A stretch of 57,988 bases of DNA. It comes from a virus. The notes beneath the pieces were generated by a model that saw nothing but the letters and a program-made list of their open reading frames with translations, was not told the DNA's origin and did no database searches. Positions 16,975 through 26,456 of the stretch are shown in pieces. The position numbers and the translations under genes are program-made. Numbering within the stretch: the stretch's first letter is position 1; each line of letters starts with the position of its first letter. The stretch covers positions 1 through 57,988 of the IMG/VR virus record IMGVR_UViG_3300031965_000033. One strand, given 5' to 3'.

Positions 16975-17204
16975 CAGTCAGAAGGTGTCAGAAAATGGCT
17001 TCTGACAGTGTTTATGGCGTATTTCCGGGAGAAACTGACCCAAAATCGGCGTTTGTCAGACTGTCTACCGATTTTGAAAAAGGAGTCGTAAAAAAAAGAT
17101 GTCTGACAGTCTGACAGGTGGTCATTTTGGTCGAGTTTATGGCGTATTTCCGGGAAGAAAACTGTCATCCGCAAAGTCTGACAAAGTTCTGACTGTCAGA
17201 AGGG
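16971..17204. repeat. Iteron cluster with AT-rich core (putative replication origin or operator array)
   Basis: At least 12 GTCAGA/TCTGAC-type hexamers. Includes ctgacNgtcagaagg at both edges (16971, 17190), tandem gtctgaca x2 (17101-17116), and the 21-bp direct repeat gtttatggcgtatttccggga (17010-17030, 17135-17155). AT-rich stretch at 17071-17100. Confidence 0.6.
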
Positions 17205-17215
17205 AGTGTGGTAAA

Positions 17216-17701
17216 ATGAACGGAACGACGAGCGTGCTGCAAACACACTCGCCGCCCCTAACCGGTCGTCACCTAGAAGGAGGTGCGGCGGCTATGTCGC
17301 ATGGTAACAAACCCGTTGATTTTCCGGTTTTAACCAAACAAGAAGTACTCAATGCCATCAGCCTTGGTGTGGCTGAGGCGTTTCCTTATTCAGATGAAAT
17401 CTTCAACGCGATTCACGGCGGCTGTCGTGGTGCAATGCTCAAGCTTGACGATGAACGCCGAGTTCGCGGTGTCTCGCCGCCACGATCTCCTCGAACGAAG
17501 CGGAAACCAAACAAACAACTCATTCCGAATGAAATACGGTGGGCGGTCTGGGAGAGAGACAACTTCACGTGCCGCGCATGCGGTGCTCGGCGGCATCTCT
17601 CGGTTGATCACATCCTCGCAGAATCAAAGGGCGGATTATTGACGCTCGAAAACTGCCAAACGCTTTGCCGAACATGCAATAGCAGGAAGGGCAACCGATG
17701 A
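17216..17701 (+). CDS. HNH endonuclease (HNH_5-like)
   Basis: WERDNFTCRACG..LSVDHILAESKGG..NCQTLCRTCNSRKG. Start 17216 (AGGGAG RBS) or 17294; the ORF opens at 17099 inside the iterons. Confidence 0.8.
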   Translation: MNGTTSVLQTHSPPLTGRHLEGGAAAMSHGNKPVDFPVLTKQEVLNAISLGVAEAFPYSDEIFNAIHGGCRGAMLKLDDERRVRGVSPPRSPRTKRKPNKQLIPNEIRWAVWERDNFTCRACGARRHLSVDHILAESKGGLLTLENCQTLCRTCNSRKGNR

Positions 17702-17958
17702 CAACACTTGGCCGCCTAACGCCGCCAAATCCCCCAACAGAGGCAATGGTCAATTACGTTCGGGTGCTCCAGAAAAAACATCATCTGCCGAACGACCTGC
17801 TCGACAACCACTGTATTGAGCGGTTTGGGTTGGCGTTCTCAAAACTAGCGTTTCGACAGGTGAGCGAATTGATTGACGAGATGATCGAGTGGGGATCGTT
17901 GCCGGCTGATCTGATGCGGGCGAAGGGTCAACTTGATCTGTTTGGAGAAATGGCATGA
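17698..17958 (+). CDS. Hypothetical protein
   Basis: ATGA overlap with the upstream gene. Confidence 0.6.
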   Translation: MTTLGRLTPPNPPTEAMVNYVRVLQKKHHLPNDLLDNHCIERFGLAFSKLAFRQVSELIDEMIEWGSLPADLMRAKGQLDLFGEMA

Positions 17959-18545
17959 GTGTCTTGGTTCTCGGATCGCGAACATTCGCGCCGCTACAAG
18001 AGATTGACCGGGAGCTCAACGGTCAGTCGGATGTCTATTCGTTCGGTGTCTCTGATGTCGCCATCCGGGCGGAGCAGTGCGGCGCCAGAAGGAAGCCGCT
18101 CGAAACGACGAGGGCAACGCTGCTTGACATGGCGGCGGAACCGGACGCCTCGGTCTGGCTGTTCGTGGCTCGGGATGCTCAGACGAAGCGTCCAACGCAG
18201 GGGATGGCTGACGTTCAGCATTTGTTGACGGAGAAACGAATTGACTTCCGGGTAATCTCATCTCCGTTGCCTGGGTCGGTGTGTGAGTTGATTACGAATC
18301 TTCGTCATGCGGTCGACAAAACGGTGAAGGCGTTACCGGGAGCAAGGCGGGATTCGGCAATGAGCAAAGCGCTGGGGTTTGCGGGCCTGGTGGTCGATAA
18401 ACGAGACGAGTACGAACGGAAGATGGAACAGGGGTTTTCGTTCGAGGTTGGCAACCTGGAGCTTGACGGTCGGTTCATCCGATGGACTCGGATTTACGAA
18501 AACCTGTGCGATGCGCTCGAAGACGCGAAGCGGATATTGACGTGA
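17955..18545 (+). CDS. Hypothetical protein
   Basis: ATGA overlap with the upstream gene; 196 aa; no confident motif. Confidence 0.6.
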   Translation: MSVLVLGSRTFAPLQEIDRELNGQSDVYSFGVSDVAIRAEQCGARRKPLETTRATLLDMAAEPDASVWLFVARDAQTKRPTQGMADVQHLLTEKRIDFRVISSPLPGSVCELITNLRHAVDKTVKALPGARRDSAMSKALGFAGLVVDKRDEYERKMEQGFSFEVGNLELDGRFIRWTRIYENLCDALEDAKRILT

Positions 18546-19033
18546 ACGTCAAACTTGGGAAGCGGGTCGACACGACAGCGTACAAGGACGCGAAACAACT
18601 GCGGGAGTGGAGTCGACGGTTCGGTCAACTTTGGTTGGATCTTCATTGCGACGCAGGCGGGATCATCCATCACACCAAACGGATCGAGGCGATCGAGCGG
18701 CGGATCAACGATGCCGACTACTGCGAAGCGAATAACGTTACTGCAGAGCACATCGTCGCGGCTCGGGAGAGCATTCAACGGCACGGTGATGCGATCAAGC
18801 GGAGGCGGCAACGGTTCGAAGAGGCAACGTGGCAGTTCGTGGACTTTTGGAAGGGCAAGCCGGAAGGAGCGGTGCAATGGTTACAAGAAACGTGGTGGGG
18901 GTACGCAGACGAAATGGACGACGTGCTCAAAGTTTTTCCAGGGTTTCCGTTTATTGGGCCGATCTGGGAAGAGATCGTCAAGACGTGGGACGGCCGAAGC
19001 AAATCGGTCAACGCGGAACCGTGTCCATTTTGA
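18542..19033 (+). CDS. Hypothetical protein
   Basis: GTGA overlap at 18542 (the ORF opens at 18482). Confidence 0.55.
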   Translation: MNVKLGKRVDTTAYKDAKQLREWSRRFGQLWLDLHCDAGGIIHHTKRIEAIERRINDADYCEANNVTAEHIVAARESIQRHGDAIKRRRQRFEEATWQFVDFWKGKPEGAVQWLQETWWGYADEMDDVLKVFPGFPFIGPIWEEIVKTWDGRSKSVNAEPCPF

Positions 19034-19076
19034 TGACGCACACGGCGCGGGCCGGCACGAGCGGAGGGGAGCGGGG

Positions 19077-19325
19077 ATGACGTGCACGTTTTGCCATAAG
19101 CGGCGGCGGGTAGTTGGGTTCTTGTGCTGCCAGCGATGCCTTGACTTTCAAGCGCGCTACATCATGTCGGAGGTGATCCCACACGATTCAATTCCGAGTG
19201 ACGACAACATCGCGCTGGTCATGCGGGAGCTCGATGTTGACGAGCATTTGGCGCGGCTACTGCTGGACGATCAGCGGCTTGACGACTCCTACTCTAATCA
19301 AAAACGGAGGACGGTGAGCGCATGA
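19077..19325 (+). CDS. Hypothetical Cys-rich protein
   Basis: ATG 19077 after GGAGGGGA. Begins MTCTFCHKRRRVVGFLCCQRC. The upstream part of ORF 18555.. is Arg/Gly-rich shadow. Confidence 0.5.
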   Translation: MTCTFCHKRRRVVGFLCCQRCLDFQARYIMSEVIPHDSIPSDDNIALVMRELDVDEHLARLLLDDQRLDDSYSNQKRRTVSA

Positions 19326-19603
19326 GAACATCTTCCCAGCCTAAGTATCAGAAAACCGTCCACATCAGGATCCGGGATCGCGAGTCGGGGTTCGTGCTCT
19401 TTGGCAGCATCAAAGTCGAGCGGCACCGGATCACCCTCAATCCGACGCCGGGGCTCATTCTGAGTCTTGGTCCCGGCGAGTTAGATCACCCCGTGGTCGA
19501 GCGGTTGCATGCGCGGTCCTTGAAATTAGCGAGCATTCTACAAAAACGGTGGTGGCCGTCCGTGGGGGCGAGCGAGCGAACGGGGGAGACGGATGGCAAC
19601 TGA
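19322..19603 (+). CDS. Hypothetical protein
   Basis: ATGA overlap with the upstream gene. Confidence 0.5.
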   Translation: MRTSSQPKYQKTVHIRIRDRESGFVLFGSIKVERHRITLNPTPGLILSLGPGELDHPVVERLHARSLKLASILQKRWWPSVGASERTGETDGN

Positions 19604-19856
19604 GCACGAGTGGACTTGTGGAGACCGGGCGTGGTTTCCGGGCTACCGGAGCTGTTGGAGCGACGGAACGGTACACGCGACGCAGGTGCTCGTTGACGAG
19701 GCGATCCCAGAGAGTGATATCGCCGCGCTGGTCCGGTTGGCGGCCGCAGTGCTCGTGTGGGACCCAAACGATCCGGAGAGCTCGTCGTACAGCGTCGAGC
19801 TCAACGCGGCGAAGGCGGGGGTGAGTGAGGAGTTGATTGAGCGGGTGAAACGATGA
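19593..19856 (+). CDS. Hypothetical protein
   Basis: 87-aa ORF overlapping the upstream gene by 11 nt. Confidence 0.5.
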   Translation: MATEHEWTCGDRAWFPGYRSCWSDGTVHATQVLVDEAIPESDIAALVRLAAAVLVWDPNDPESSSYSVELNAAKAGVSEELIERVKR

Positions 19857-20080
19857 TCAAAACAGAGATGACAACAATCACAATCAGCGATACGACGTGT
19901 GGCGAAATACACGAGGCACTGGAAGCACGCATTCGCAACCTTGTCGATGTGCTTCGCTTCAGCGGCGAATATCCAGCGTCCACGGTCAAGATGCTGCGGG
20001 AAGCGCTGGACGATGTACAAGAAGCGTTTGATGAGTTTGAAGGTGCGTGGGGTGACGCTGAGGACAAGAAGCGGAAATGA
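19853..20080 (+). CDS. Hypothetical protein
   Basis: ATGA overlap with the upstream gene; acidic helical product. Confidence 0.55.
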   Translation: MIKTEMTTITISDTTCGEIHEALEARIRNLVDVLRFSGEYPASTVKMLREALDDVQEAFDEFEGAWGDAEDKKRK

Positions 20081-20430
20081 CAGAAACCGAACTCCAGAAC
20101 GGACTCATTGACGCAGCTCGCCGGCTTGGCTTCCTGTGCTTCCACGCAACGGACGCCCGTCGATCAGAACCGGGATTCCCGGATCTCGTGATTGTTGGTC
20201 ATGGCCGGGTGCTTGTCTGTGAGTGCAAGACGCAAAAGGGAAAACTTCGCGGTCAGGCGGTCACGAAACGTGGTCGTGTGCTTCCTGGGCAACAAGATTG
20301 GCTCAACGCATTCGACAAAGCCGGCGCCTATACCACTGTGGTTCGGCCAGAGGCCACGAGAGACGCGATTGGGTACGACGAAGCGTTGAAGATCATTCAA
20401 GCGGCGGCAGAATATCCCAAGCTATCGTAG
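20077..20430 (+). CDS. VRR-NUC domain nuclease
   Basis: PD-(D/E)xK-type pattern GFPDLVIV...VLVCECKTQKGKL...GQQDW, typical of the VRR-NUC family; 117 aa. Confidence 0.8.
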   Translation: MTETELQNGLIDAARRLGFLCFHATDARRSEPGFPDLVIVGHGRVLVCECKTQKGKLRGQAVTKRGRVLPGQQDWLNAFDKAGAYTTVVRPEATRDAIGYDEALKIIQAAAEYPKLS

Positions 20431-20482
20431 GCCGCCTGAGCGCGGCGCGCGACCATGAGCAGGCCGAACGAAAGGAACGAGG

Positions 20483-20677
20483 ATGGAAGCGTCTGAAATC
20501 AGCAGACTAACACGCAAAGAGATTGAACAAAAATGTTTAGAACTGCAACGCCTCGGCTTGTTGCGGCCGCGAGTCAATCGCGAAACAGGTAAACGGGAAT
20601 GGACTGCGACCGCTGCGGGAAAGTGGATGCAAGGTCGGAAGTATCCCAGGAACAGTAAGTTCAAGGAGGCTGGGTGA
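20483..20677 (+). CDS. Hypothetical protein
   Basis: 64-aa basic ORF with GAGGA upstream. Confidence 0.5.
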   Translation: MEASEISRLTRKEIEQKCLELQRLGLLRPRVNRETGKREWTATAAGKWMQGRKYPRNSKFKEAG

Positions 20678-21261
20678 TGGGGAGCGAACCGGGCACGAGG
20701 GCACCGTACAACGTCGACGATCCTGACCACGAGTTGCACGAGTTCCTAGCGCAGACCGGCCACCGGGTGGTGAGCGCGGAGGTTGTGGCGGCGATCCGTG
20801 ACATCTTCGACGCGGAGCAAGACGAGGCGATGCCGGAGACGGTCGCGGAATTAGTGTACAAGCATTACGATCTGGTCCGTGCTTGGCTGAATACTTCCCC
20901 GCCGTCGCCAGGGGTGGATCTAGAGTCCGCGATATCGGAGCTCGTGCGTGCTGCATGCAGTCTTGGTACGGTTGATCGGGTGTCCGAGATGCGGAAAATA
21001 GACGCCAGAATCACCGCTGCGAGGCAGTCTATTCGTGATGCATTTGCCCGTCACGTCGCCCTGCCGTCGCCCGGTCCCCAGGGGAGCGAGGAACTGCGAA
21101 CGGTCATTCGTGAAGCGCTCGAGCGTTCGTGGGGTATGCGGTTCGAAAATCCCCTGAGTCATCGTGTGAGCGGCGATCCGCCACAATCGGCTGATTTCGA
21201 CTGGATGACCGACTCCGTGCTATCGGCGCTGCGCTCGGGTGGAGGGGAGGGGAAGGGGTGA
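20674..21261 (+). CDS. Hypothetical protein
   Basis: ATGA overlap with the upstream gene; 195 aa. Confidence 0.6.
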   Translation: MMGSEPGTRAPYNVDDPDHELHEFLAQTGHRVVSAEVVAAIRDIFDAEQDEAMPETVAELVYKHYDLVRAWLNTSPPSPGVDLESAISELVRAACSLGTVDRVSEMRKIDARITAARQSIRDAFARHVALPSPGPQGSEELRTVIREALERSWGMRFENPLSHRVSGDPPQSADFDWMTDSVLSALRSGGGEGKG

Positions 21262-21428
21262 AACGCGACACCTGTCCGCTCTGCGGCGGTGACCGCGCCG
21301 TCGGGTTCTTTACCGCCTACTGCGGCGACTGCGACACCGTTCAACGCGCTCCCGAGTGGCAGCGATTCCACGAAGCGGTGCAGTCGCTCGGTCAGGCGCT
21401 GCGGGATGCGTTCCGGTGGAGACGATGA
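21258..21428 (+). CDS. Possible zinc-ribbon protein (56 aa)
   Basis: GTGA overlap at 21258. Reads VKRDTCPLCGG...YCGDCD (two CxxC pairs). Below the ORF-track cutoff. Confidence 0.4.
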   Translation: MKRDTCPLCGGDRAVGFFTAYCGDCDTVQRAPEWQRFHEAVQSLGQALRDAFRWRR

Positions 21429-21521
21429 CCAATTGACGCCCGCCCCGAACGCCGTGACGTTGGTTGCGTCCGGATCGTGCTAAGATGTCACCGTCTACGT
21501 CCGTTGGGTGGAGGCGTGCCC

Positions 21522-22163
21522 GTGGCTCAAACCGTGCAACCGGATATCTGGAGATCACGCATCGTCGGATACGCTGACGTGCCGCCCGATCAACTCCTCG
21601 CGAACGAAAACAACTTCCGGCGCCATCCCCGTACCCAGCAAGACGCGCTCTCTGGCCTCATCGGTGAAATCGGATATATCGATCCGGTGCTCGTTCAGTC
21701 CGGCACCGATCGCGTCATTGACGGTCACCTTCGCGTTGAGCTTGCGCTGCGCACCGGGCAGCCGACCGTGCCCGTGCAGTACGTCGATCTGACCGACGAC
21801 GAGGCGAACCTTGCATTAGCATCGTTCGATCCGATAAGTGCGATGGCCTACCACGACGCCGCGCAACTCAAGGCGCTGCTCGACGAGGTGTCAACGTCCG
21901 ACGCGGCGGTCATGGCGATGTTGAGTGAACTGGCCGAGGATGCGGGCGTGATTCCGCCGGATTGGTCCGACGCGATGGGTGGCTTACCCGACGGCGACAA
22001 ATCTCCGTTTGAGCAGATGACGTTCACGGTATCGACCAAACAGGCTGAGGTCGTTCGTGAGGCATTGTCACAAGCCAAGGGTGGGGGATTCGATACCGAC
22101 AATGAGAACAGCAACGGCAACGCCTTAGCGCGGATTGCGGAGGCGTACCTCGATGCCGCATGA
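21522..22163 (+). CDS. ParB-like nuclease domain protein
   Basis: ANENNFRRHP..Q..L..I..IGYIDPVLV..DRVIDGHLRVELA pattern of the ParB/Srx N-terminal domain. GTG 21522 lies 7 nt after GGTGGAGG (the ORF opens at 21477). Confidence 0.75.
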   Translation: MAQTVQPDIWRSRIVGYADVPPDQLLANENNFRRHPRTQQDALSGLIGEIGYIDPVLVQSGTDRVIDGHLRVELALRTGQPTVPVQYVDLTDDEANLALASFDPISAMAYHDAAQLKALLDEVSTSDAAVMAMLSELAEDAGVIPPDWSDAMGGLPDGDKSPFEQMTFTVSTKQAEVVREALSQAKGGGFDTDNENSNGNALARIAEAYLDAA

Positions 22164-22986
22164 CCTGACCGCCAAAGACATTGTGCTTCGACCGATTGAC
22201 TCGAAGACCGCGAATGCATTGGTCCGGCGTGTCCACTATTCAGGCAAGGTGGTCAACAATTCGCAACTGCATATCGGCGTCTACCTCGGCGGCAAACTTG
22301 AGGGCGTGATGCAGTTCGGGCCGTCGTTGGATAAGCGCAAGTTACAGGGGTTAGTAGCGGGAACCGGGTGGAACGAATTCATCGAATTGAACCGGATGGC
22401 GTTCACCGATGCGCTACCCCGCAATAGCGAATCACGGGCGCTATCGATCGCCATGAAGTTGCTTCACAAACATGCCCCGCATGTGAAATGGGTCGTTACG
22501 TTTGCCGATGGCGCTCAGTGTGGGGATGGGACGATTTATCGAGCGGCGGGTTTTGTTCTGACGAGTATCAAAGTCAACGATCAGGTTTGGACTGATGGCG
22601 GTACGACTGACAGTCGTACCGCCATCACTGCGTTAGGACATAAAGGCGCGTCGGCACAACGTCGGACGATCAGCCGAATGACGGTAACCAAGGGGCAACA
22701 CATAACCGAAACCGGCGCTTCGTCCATGAAGCAATATGCAGATGCCGGATTCGCGCCGCTAAAGGGCCATCAACTCCGCTATGTCTACTTCCTCGACCCG
22801 TCGTGCCGGGAACGATTGACCGTGCCGATTCTGCCGTTTAGTGAAATCGAACGACGGGGCGCGGGTATGTATCGCGGTGAACCACGCGCCGGAAGTGTTG
22901 ACAGCGACACGCTCGGAGTCCATCCGGGAGAGGGCAGTGCGATCCTGACCTCGGCGCTCCACGATCACGCGATGGCGGCGGACTGA
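22153..22986 (+). CDS. Mom-like GNAT-fold DNA-modification protein (putative)
   Basis: VHYSGKV...IGVY..G.L.GVMQFGP...ELNRMAF.D.LPRNSESRALS...VVTFAD...GDGTIYRAAGF matches my recollection of the Mom/acyltransferase-like phage family. Overlaps the ParB-like gene by 11 nt. Confidence 0.55.
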   Translation: MPHDLTAKDIVLRPIDSKTANALVRRVHYSGKVVNNSQLHIGVYLGGKLEGVMQFGPSLDKRKLQGLVAGTGWNEFIELNRMAFTDALPRNSESRALSIAMKLLHKHAPHVKWVVTFADGAQCGDGTIYRAAGFVLTSIKVNDQVWTDGGTTDSRTAITALGHKGASAQRRTISRMTVTKGQHITETGASSMKQYADAGFAPLKGHQLRYVYFLDPSCRERLTVPILPFSEIERRGAGMYRGEPRAGSVDSDTLGVHPGEGSAILTSALHDHAMAAD

Positions 22987-22987
22987 T

Positions 22988-23374
22988 ATGGCTGGGCGCA
23001 AGACCAAGTACACCCCGCAGGTCATCGACAAACTCGTGACCGCGCTCTCAGTCGGCATGACCGATCAAGACGCCTGCGTCGTGGCCGGGATTACGACCGA
23101 AACGTTCTATTCTTGGAGGCGCAACAAGGCTGATTTTTCTGACAGAACTACGCGCGCGCGAGAAGAAGGATGGCAAGCGGCGCTCGCCGTGATCAAGCAC
23201 TCTGCCATCAAAGACCGCGATTGGCGGGCGGCAGGTGAATTCCTGGACCGTACCAAGTCGGCGTACCGTAAATCGCAAGAGATGCAGGTTACCGGGCCGG
23301 GTAGTGGTCCGATCGAGATCACCGAGGTGGAGGTCACACGCACCGTTCCGCCGTTGGTTGAGGCAGCGTCCTAA
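22988..23374 (+). CDS. terS: Terminase small subunit
   Basis: HTH-type N-terminus (TKYTPQVIDKLVTALSVGMTDQDACVVAGITTETFYSWR), immediately upstream of the large subunit. Confidence 0.75.
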   Translation: MAGRKTKYTPQVIDKLVTALSVGMTDQDACVVAGITTETFYSWRRNKADFSDRTTRAREEGWQAALAVIKHSAIKDRDWRAAGEFLDRTKSAYRKSQEMQVTGPGSGPIEITEVEVTRTVPPLVEAAS

Positions 23375-24735
23375 TGGTGGCGCAGATTGCCGCGCCACGA
23401 CCTGAACTGTCGGTGGTTGAACCGACAGGCAACGGCAAAGGTAAGTTGCGTTTTGCGCTCCATGCCGGACAAACGAGAGCGTGGGATTCCGAAAAGCGAT
23501 TCGTGCTTATTCTTGCTGGTCTTCAATCCGGTAAAACGTCATTTTACCCTCCGTGGCTCTGGCGCGAGATGAAGCGCAAAGGACCAGGCGACTACCTCGT
23601 TGCATCGCCAACCTTCACGCTTTTGGAGCTCAAAGCCCTTCCTGAGTTCAAACACTTCTTTGTCACCAATATGCGGGCTGGAGAGTACAAGGCTTCTCCG
23701 ATTCGCGAGTTCACATTGAACCGCCGTGGTGAAACGATCCTTTGGGGAGGCCCCCAAGAGACGCCAACGCGTGTGCTCTTCGGCCATGCCCAAGATCCCG
23801 ATTCGCTCGAGTCTGGCACCTACAAAGCGGCGGTGCTTGACGAGGCGGGGCAAAAGAAGTTCCGGCGCGATTCGTGGGTGAGTATTCAGGGCCGGCTCTC
23901 AATCCACGAGGGGCGCGTGCTCTTCCCGACCACCCCGTACACGCTAGGCTGGTTGAAGTCCGAGCTTTACGATCCGTGGGAACGATCCGGGCGCAATCAT
24001 CCTGAGATCGACGTGATCAATTTTGAGAGCATCGAAAACCCCGTGTTTCCAGCCGCTGAGTTCGAGCGTATGCGCCAGGTGCTTCCGAAGTGGCTCTTCG
24101 ATATGCGCTATCGCGGTCGCTTCACCCGGCCCGCTGGTTTGATTTACGATTGTTTTGATGAGTCTAAGCACATTGTGCCGAGATTCGCGATTCCGAATGA
24201 TTGGCTTCGATTCGGCGGTGCTGACTTTGGAGGCACCAACACAGCGGGCGTCTTCCTCGCGCAGGAGCGTTCGGATGGTAAAGTGACCGGGCGGTACTTT
24301 GCCTATCGTGAATACCTCTACGGTGGACGCACGATCAAACAACATGCCGATGCCTGGATCAAAGACGAGCCGCGCCGCCCGACGATGATCGGCGGCTCCA
24401 AGTCCGAGCACCAGTGGCGGCGAGACTTCGGAGCGGCAGGACTCGCCATCGGTGAACCGCTTGTGCCTGAAGTTGAGGTCGGCATTCAGCGTGTGTACGG
24501 CGGGATCACCCTGGACCATCTGTTGATCTTCGATGATCTCCTTGGGTTGCGAGATGAGATCACAAGCTATAGCCGGGAGCTCGACGCGAATGGCGAGCCA
24601 ACGGAAGTCATCGAAGATAAATCCACCTACCATCGCCTCGACAGTCTAAGATATATTGGGTCACTAATCTTTGGTGAGCCACAGACCACCATCGCCGCCC
24701 CGTCTGCCGGCCGCCAAGTCAACGTGTTTGGGTAA
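23374..24735 (+). CDS. terL: Terminase large subunit
   Basis: Walker A ILAGLQSGKTS and Walker B AAVLDEAGQ, with a C-terminal nuclease-like half; 453 aa. Confidence 0.9.
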   Translation: MVAQIAAPRPELSVVEPTGNGKGKLRFALHAGQTRAWDSEKRFVLILAGLQSGKTSFYPPWLWREMKRKGPGDYLVASPTFTLLELKALPEFKHFFVTNMRAGEYKASPIREFTLNRRGETILWGGPQETPTRVLFGHAQDPDSLESGTYKAAVLDEAGQKKFRRDSWVSIQGRLSIHEGRVLFPTTPYTLGWLKSELYDPWERSGRNHPEIDVINFESIENPVFPAAEFERMRQVLPKWLFDMRYRGRFTRPAGLIYDCFDESKHIVPRFAIPNDWLRFGGADFGGTNTAGVFLAQERSDGKVTGRYFAYREYLYGGRTIKQHADAWIKDEPRRPTMIGGSKSEHQWRRDFGAAGLAIGEPLVPEVEVGIQRVYGGITLDHLLIFDDLLGLRDEITSYSRELDANGEPTEVIEDKSTYHRLDSLRYIGSLIFGEPQTTIAAPSAGRQVNVFG

Positions 24736-24747
24736 TCTATAACTGAA

Positions 24748-25002
24748 GTGATCATCCAATTACTCTCCGGTTTTGGCGGTCTATCGCTTGGAGTTGTATT
24801 TTACAAGTGGCGAGATCGATGTCGTTCGAGAGATGACGAAAAGAATCTTGCGTTACACCTAGTACAGCAACGGCGCGCGGAGATCGCACAGTGGAAGACT
24901 GAGGCCATGCAAACTATATCGTATCCTGGTGGTAGCGAAAGCGGCGCGGACACCGTGAATCCGAGGCTGGCTGGCATTGCCGTGCATGGATGGTCAAACT
25001 GA
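24748..25002 (+). CDS. Hypothetical protein with N-terminal TM helix
   Basis: GTG start. IIQLLSGFGGLSLGVVFY hydrophobic N-terminus. Lies between terminase and portal. Confidence 0.45.
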   Translation: MIIQLLSGFGGLSLGVVFYKWRDRCRSRDDEKNLALHLVQQRRAEIAQWKTEAMQTISYPGGSESGADTVNPRLAGIAVHGWSN

Positions 25003-26456
25003 TGACCGATTCGACCAAGATCACCGTCAACCCCGTCGGCTCCCCCGGCCTCAACGTCATGGGCGGCTACATCTACGAAGAGTGGGACCGGCGGCTCACG
25101 GGCACGAAGGCGATCAAAACCTATCGCGAGATGGTCGACGATCCGAACGTCTACGCGGTGCTGTTCGCGATCGAATCGATGGTGCGCGCGGTCGGGTTCC
25201 GGATCGACGCCGCCGACGATTCCGAGCCCGCGAAGGCTGAGGCCGAATTAGTCCACACCGATTTCGACGAGATCGATGGCGCATGGGGCGATACGTTCTC
25301 AGAGATTCTCTCGTGCATCCCGTTCGGCTTCAGCCTGATGGAAGTGCTGTACAAGCGGCTCGAGTCCGGCCGGGTGACGTGGGACCGTTGGGCGCCGAGA
25401 GCGCAAGAAACGATCCAGGAATGGACGTTCGATCAAACGACCTGGGAAGCGACGCACGCGATTCAGCAAGCGCCGCCGCGCAACAAGCGGGTGTCGATCC
25501 CGCTTGATCGCTGCCTGCACTTCCGCATTCGCCCGAGGAAGCAGAACCCTCAGGGTAGTTCTCTCCTTCGACCTTGTTTCGATCCCTGGTATTTCACCAA
25601 GCACATTCAACGGATCGAAGCAATCGGGATCGAGCGGGACCTGACGGGTATCCCCGAGATCGGGATACCGGCTGACGACTATAACGATGAGACGAAGCGC
25701 ACGGCCTGGGAGCAAGTCGGATCACAGATCAAAGCCAATGAGGCCGCGTACATGCTCCTGCCGACCGACGTGTTCGCGAATACCTCAGTTCCGCGGTATT
25801 CGTTCCGGCTCGTCACCACGGCCGGCGAGCGTTCGATCGACACCGACGCGGTGCTTGCCCGCTACCAGCGCTCGATCTTCCGCGCGTTCCTGGGTGGATT
25901 CCTCACGCTGGGCGATCAGGGCGTCGGCTCGTATGCGTTAGGTTCCACGCAAGCGGATCTCTTCATCACGGCCGCCAAGGCGCTCCTGGAGGGCATTCAG
26001 GACACGATCAATGTCAACGGCGTCCGGCGACTGGCCGCGATCAACGGCGTACCGGACGAACTGATCCCGACGTTTCGGTTCAACGAGGTCAAGCAGACGG
26101 ATGTGACAGCGTTCGCGCAGACGATGGTTGCGCTGGCGACGGCGGGATTTGTCGATCCGAACGACCCGAAGATTCAGCAGCATGTGTCCGATGTGCTCGG
26201 GTTGCCAATGATGGACGATGTTGTTGACGACGACACTGAAGCGCCCGCGAAACCACCAGTGAAGCAACTGCCGTCGGGCGAGCAGATGACGCCTGAGCAG
26301 ATGCAAGCAACTGAGTCGCTGGCGTTCGCGGAGAAAAAGCAGTTGACGGCGGACCAGATCAAGCGGGCGGTTAAGGCGTGGAGCGATGCGATGAAAGGCG
26401 AGAAGAACGCGCCGCCGCTCGATGTCGAGGTGGTTGGTGAGGAGGATGCGCCCTAA
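24990..26456 (+). CDS. Portal protein (Mu gp29/DUF935-like)
   Basis: 488 aa directly after terminase. TYREMVDDPNVYAVLFAIESMV region resembles DUF935 portals. Acidic C-terminus. Confidence 0.85.
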   Translation: MVKLMTDSTKITVNPVGSPGLNVMGGYIYEEWDRRLTGTKAIKTYREMVDDPNVYAVLFAIESMVRAVGFRIDAADDSEPAKAEAELVHTDFDEIDGAWGDTFSEILSCIPFGFSLMEVLYKRLESGRVTWDRWAPRAQETIQEWTFDQTTWEATHAIQQAPPRNKRVSIPLDRCLHFRIRPRKQNPQGSSLLRPCFDPWYFTKHIQRIEAIGIERDLTGIPEIGIPADDYNDETKRTAWEQVGSQIKANEAAYMLLPTDVFANTSVPRYSFRLVTTAGERSIDTDAVLARYQRSIFRAFLGGFLTLGDQGVGSYALGSTQADLFITAAKALLEGIQDTINVNGVRRLAAINGVPDELIPTFRFNEVKQTDVTAFAQTMVALATAGFVDPNDPKIQQHVSDVLGLPMMDDVVDDDTEAPAKPPVKQLPSGEQMTPEQMQATESLAFAEKKQLTADQIKRAVKAWSDAMKGEKNAPPLDVEVVGEEDAP

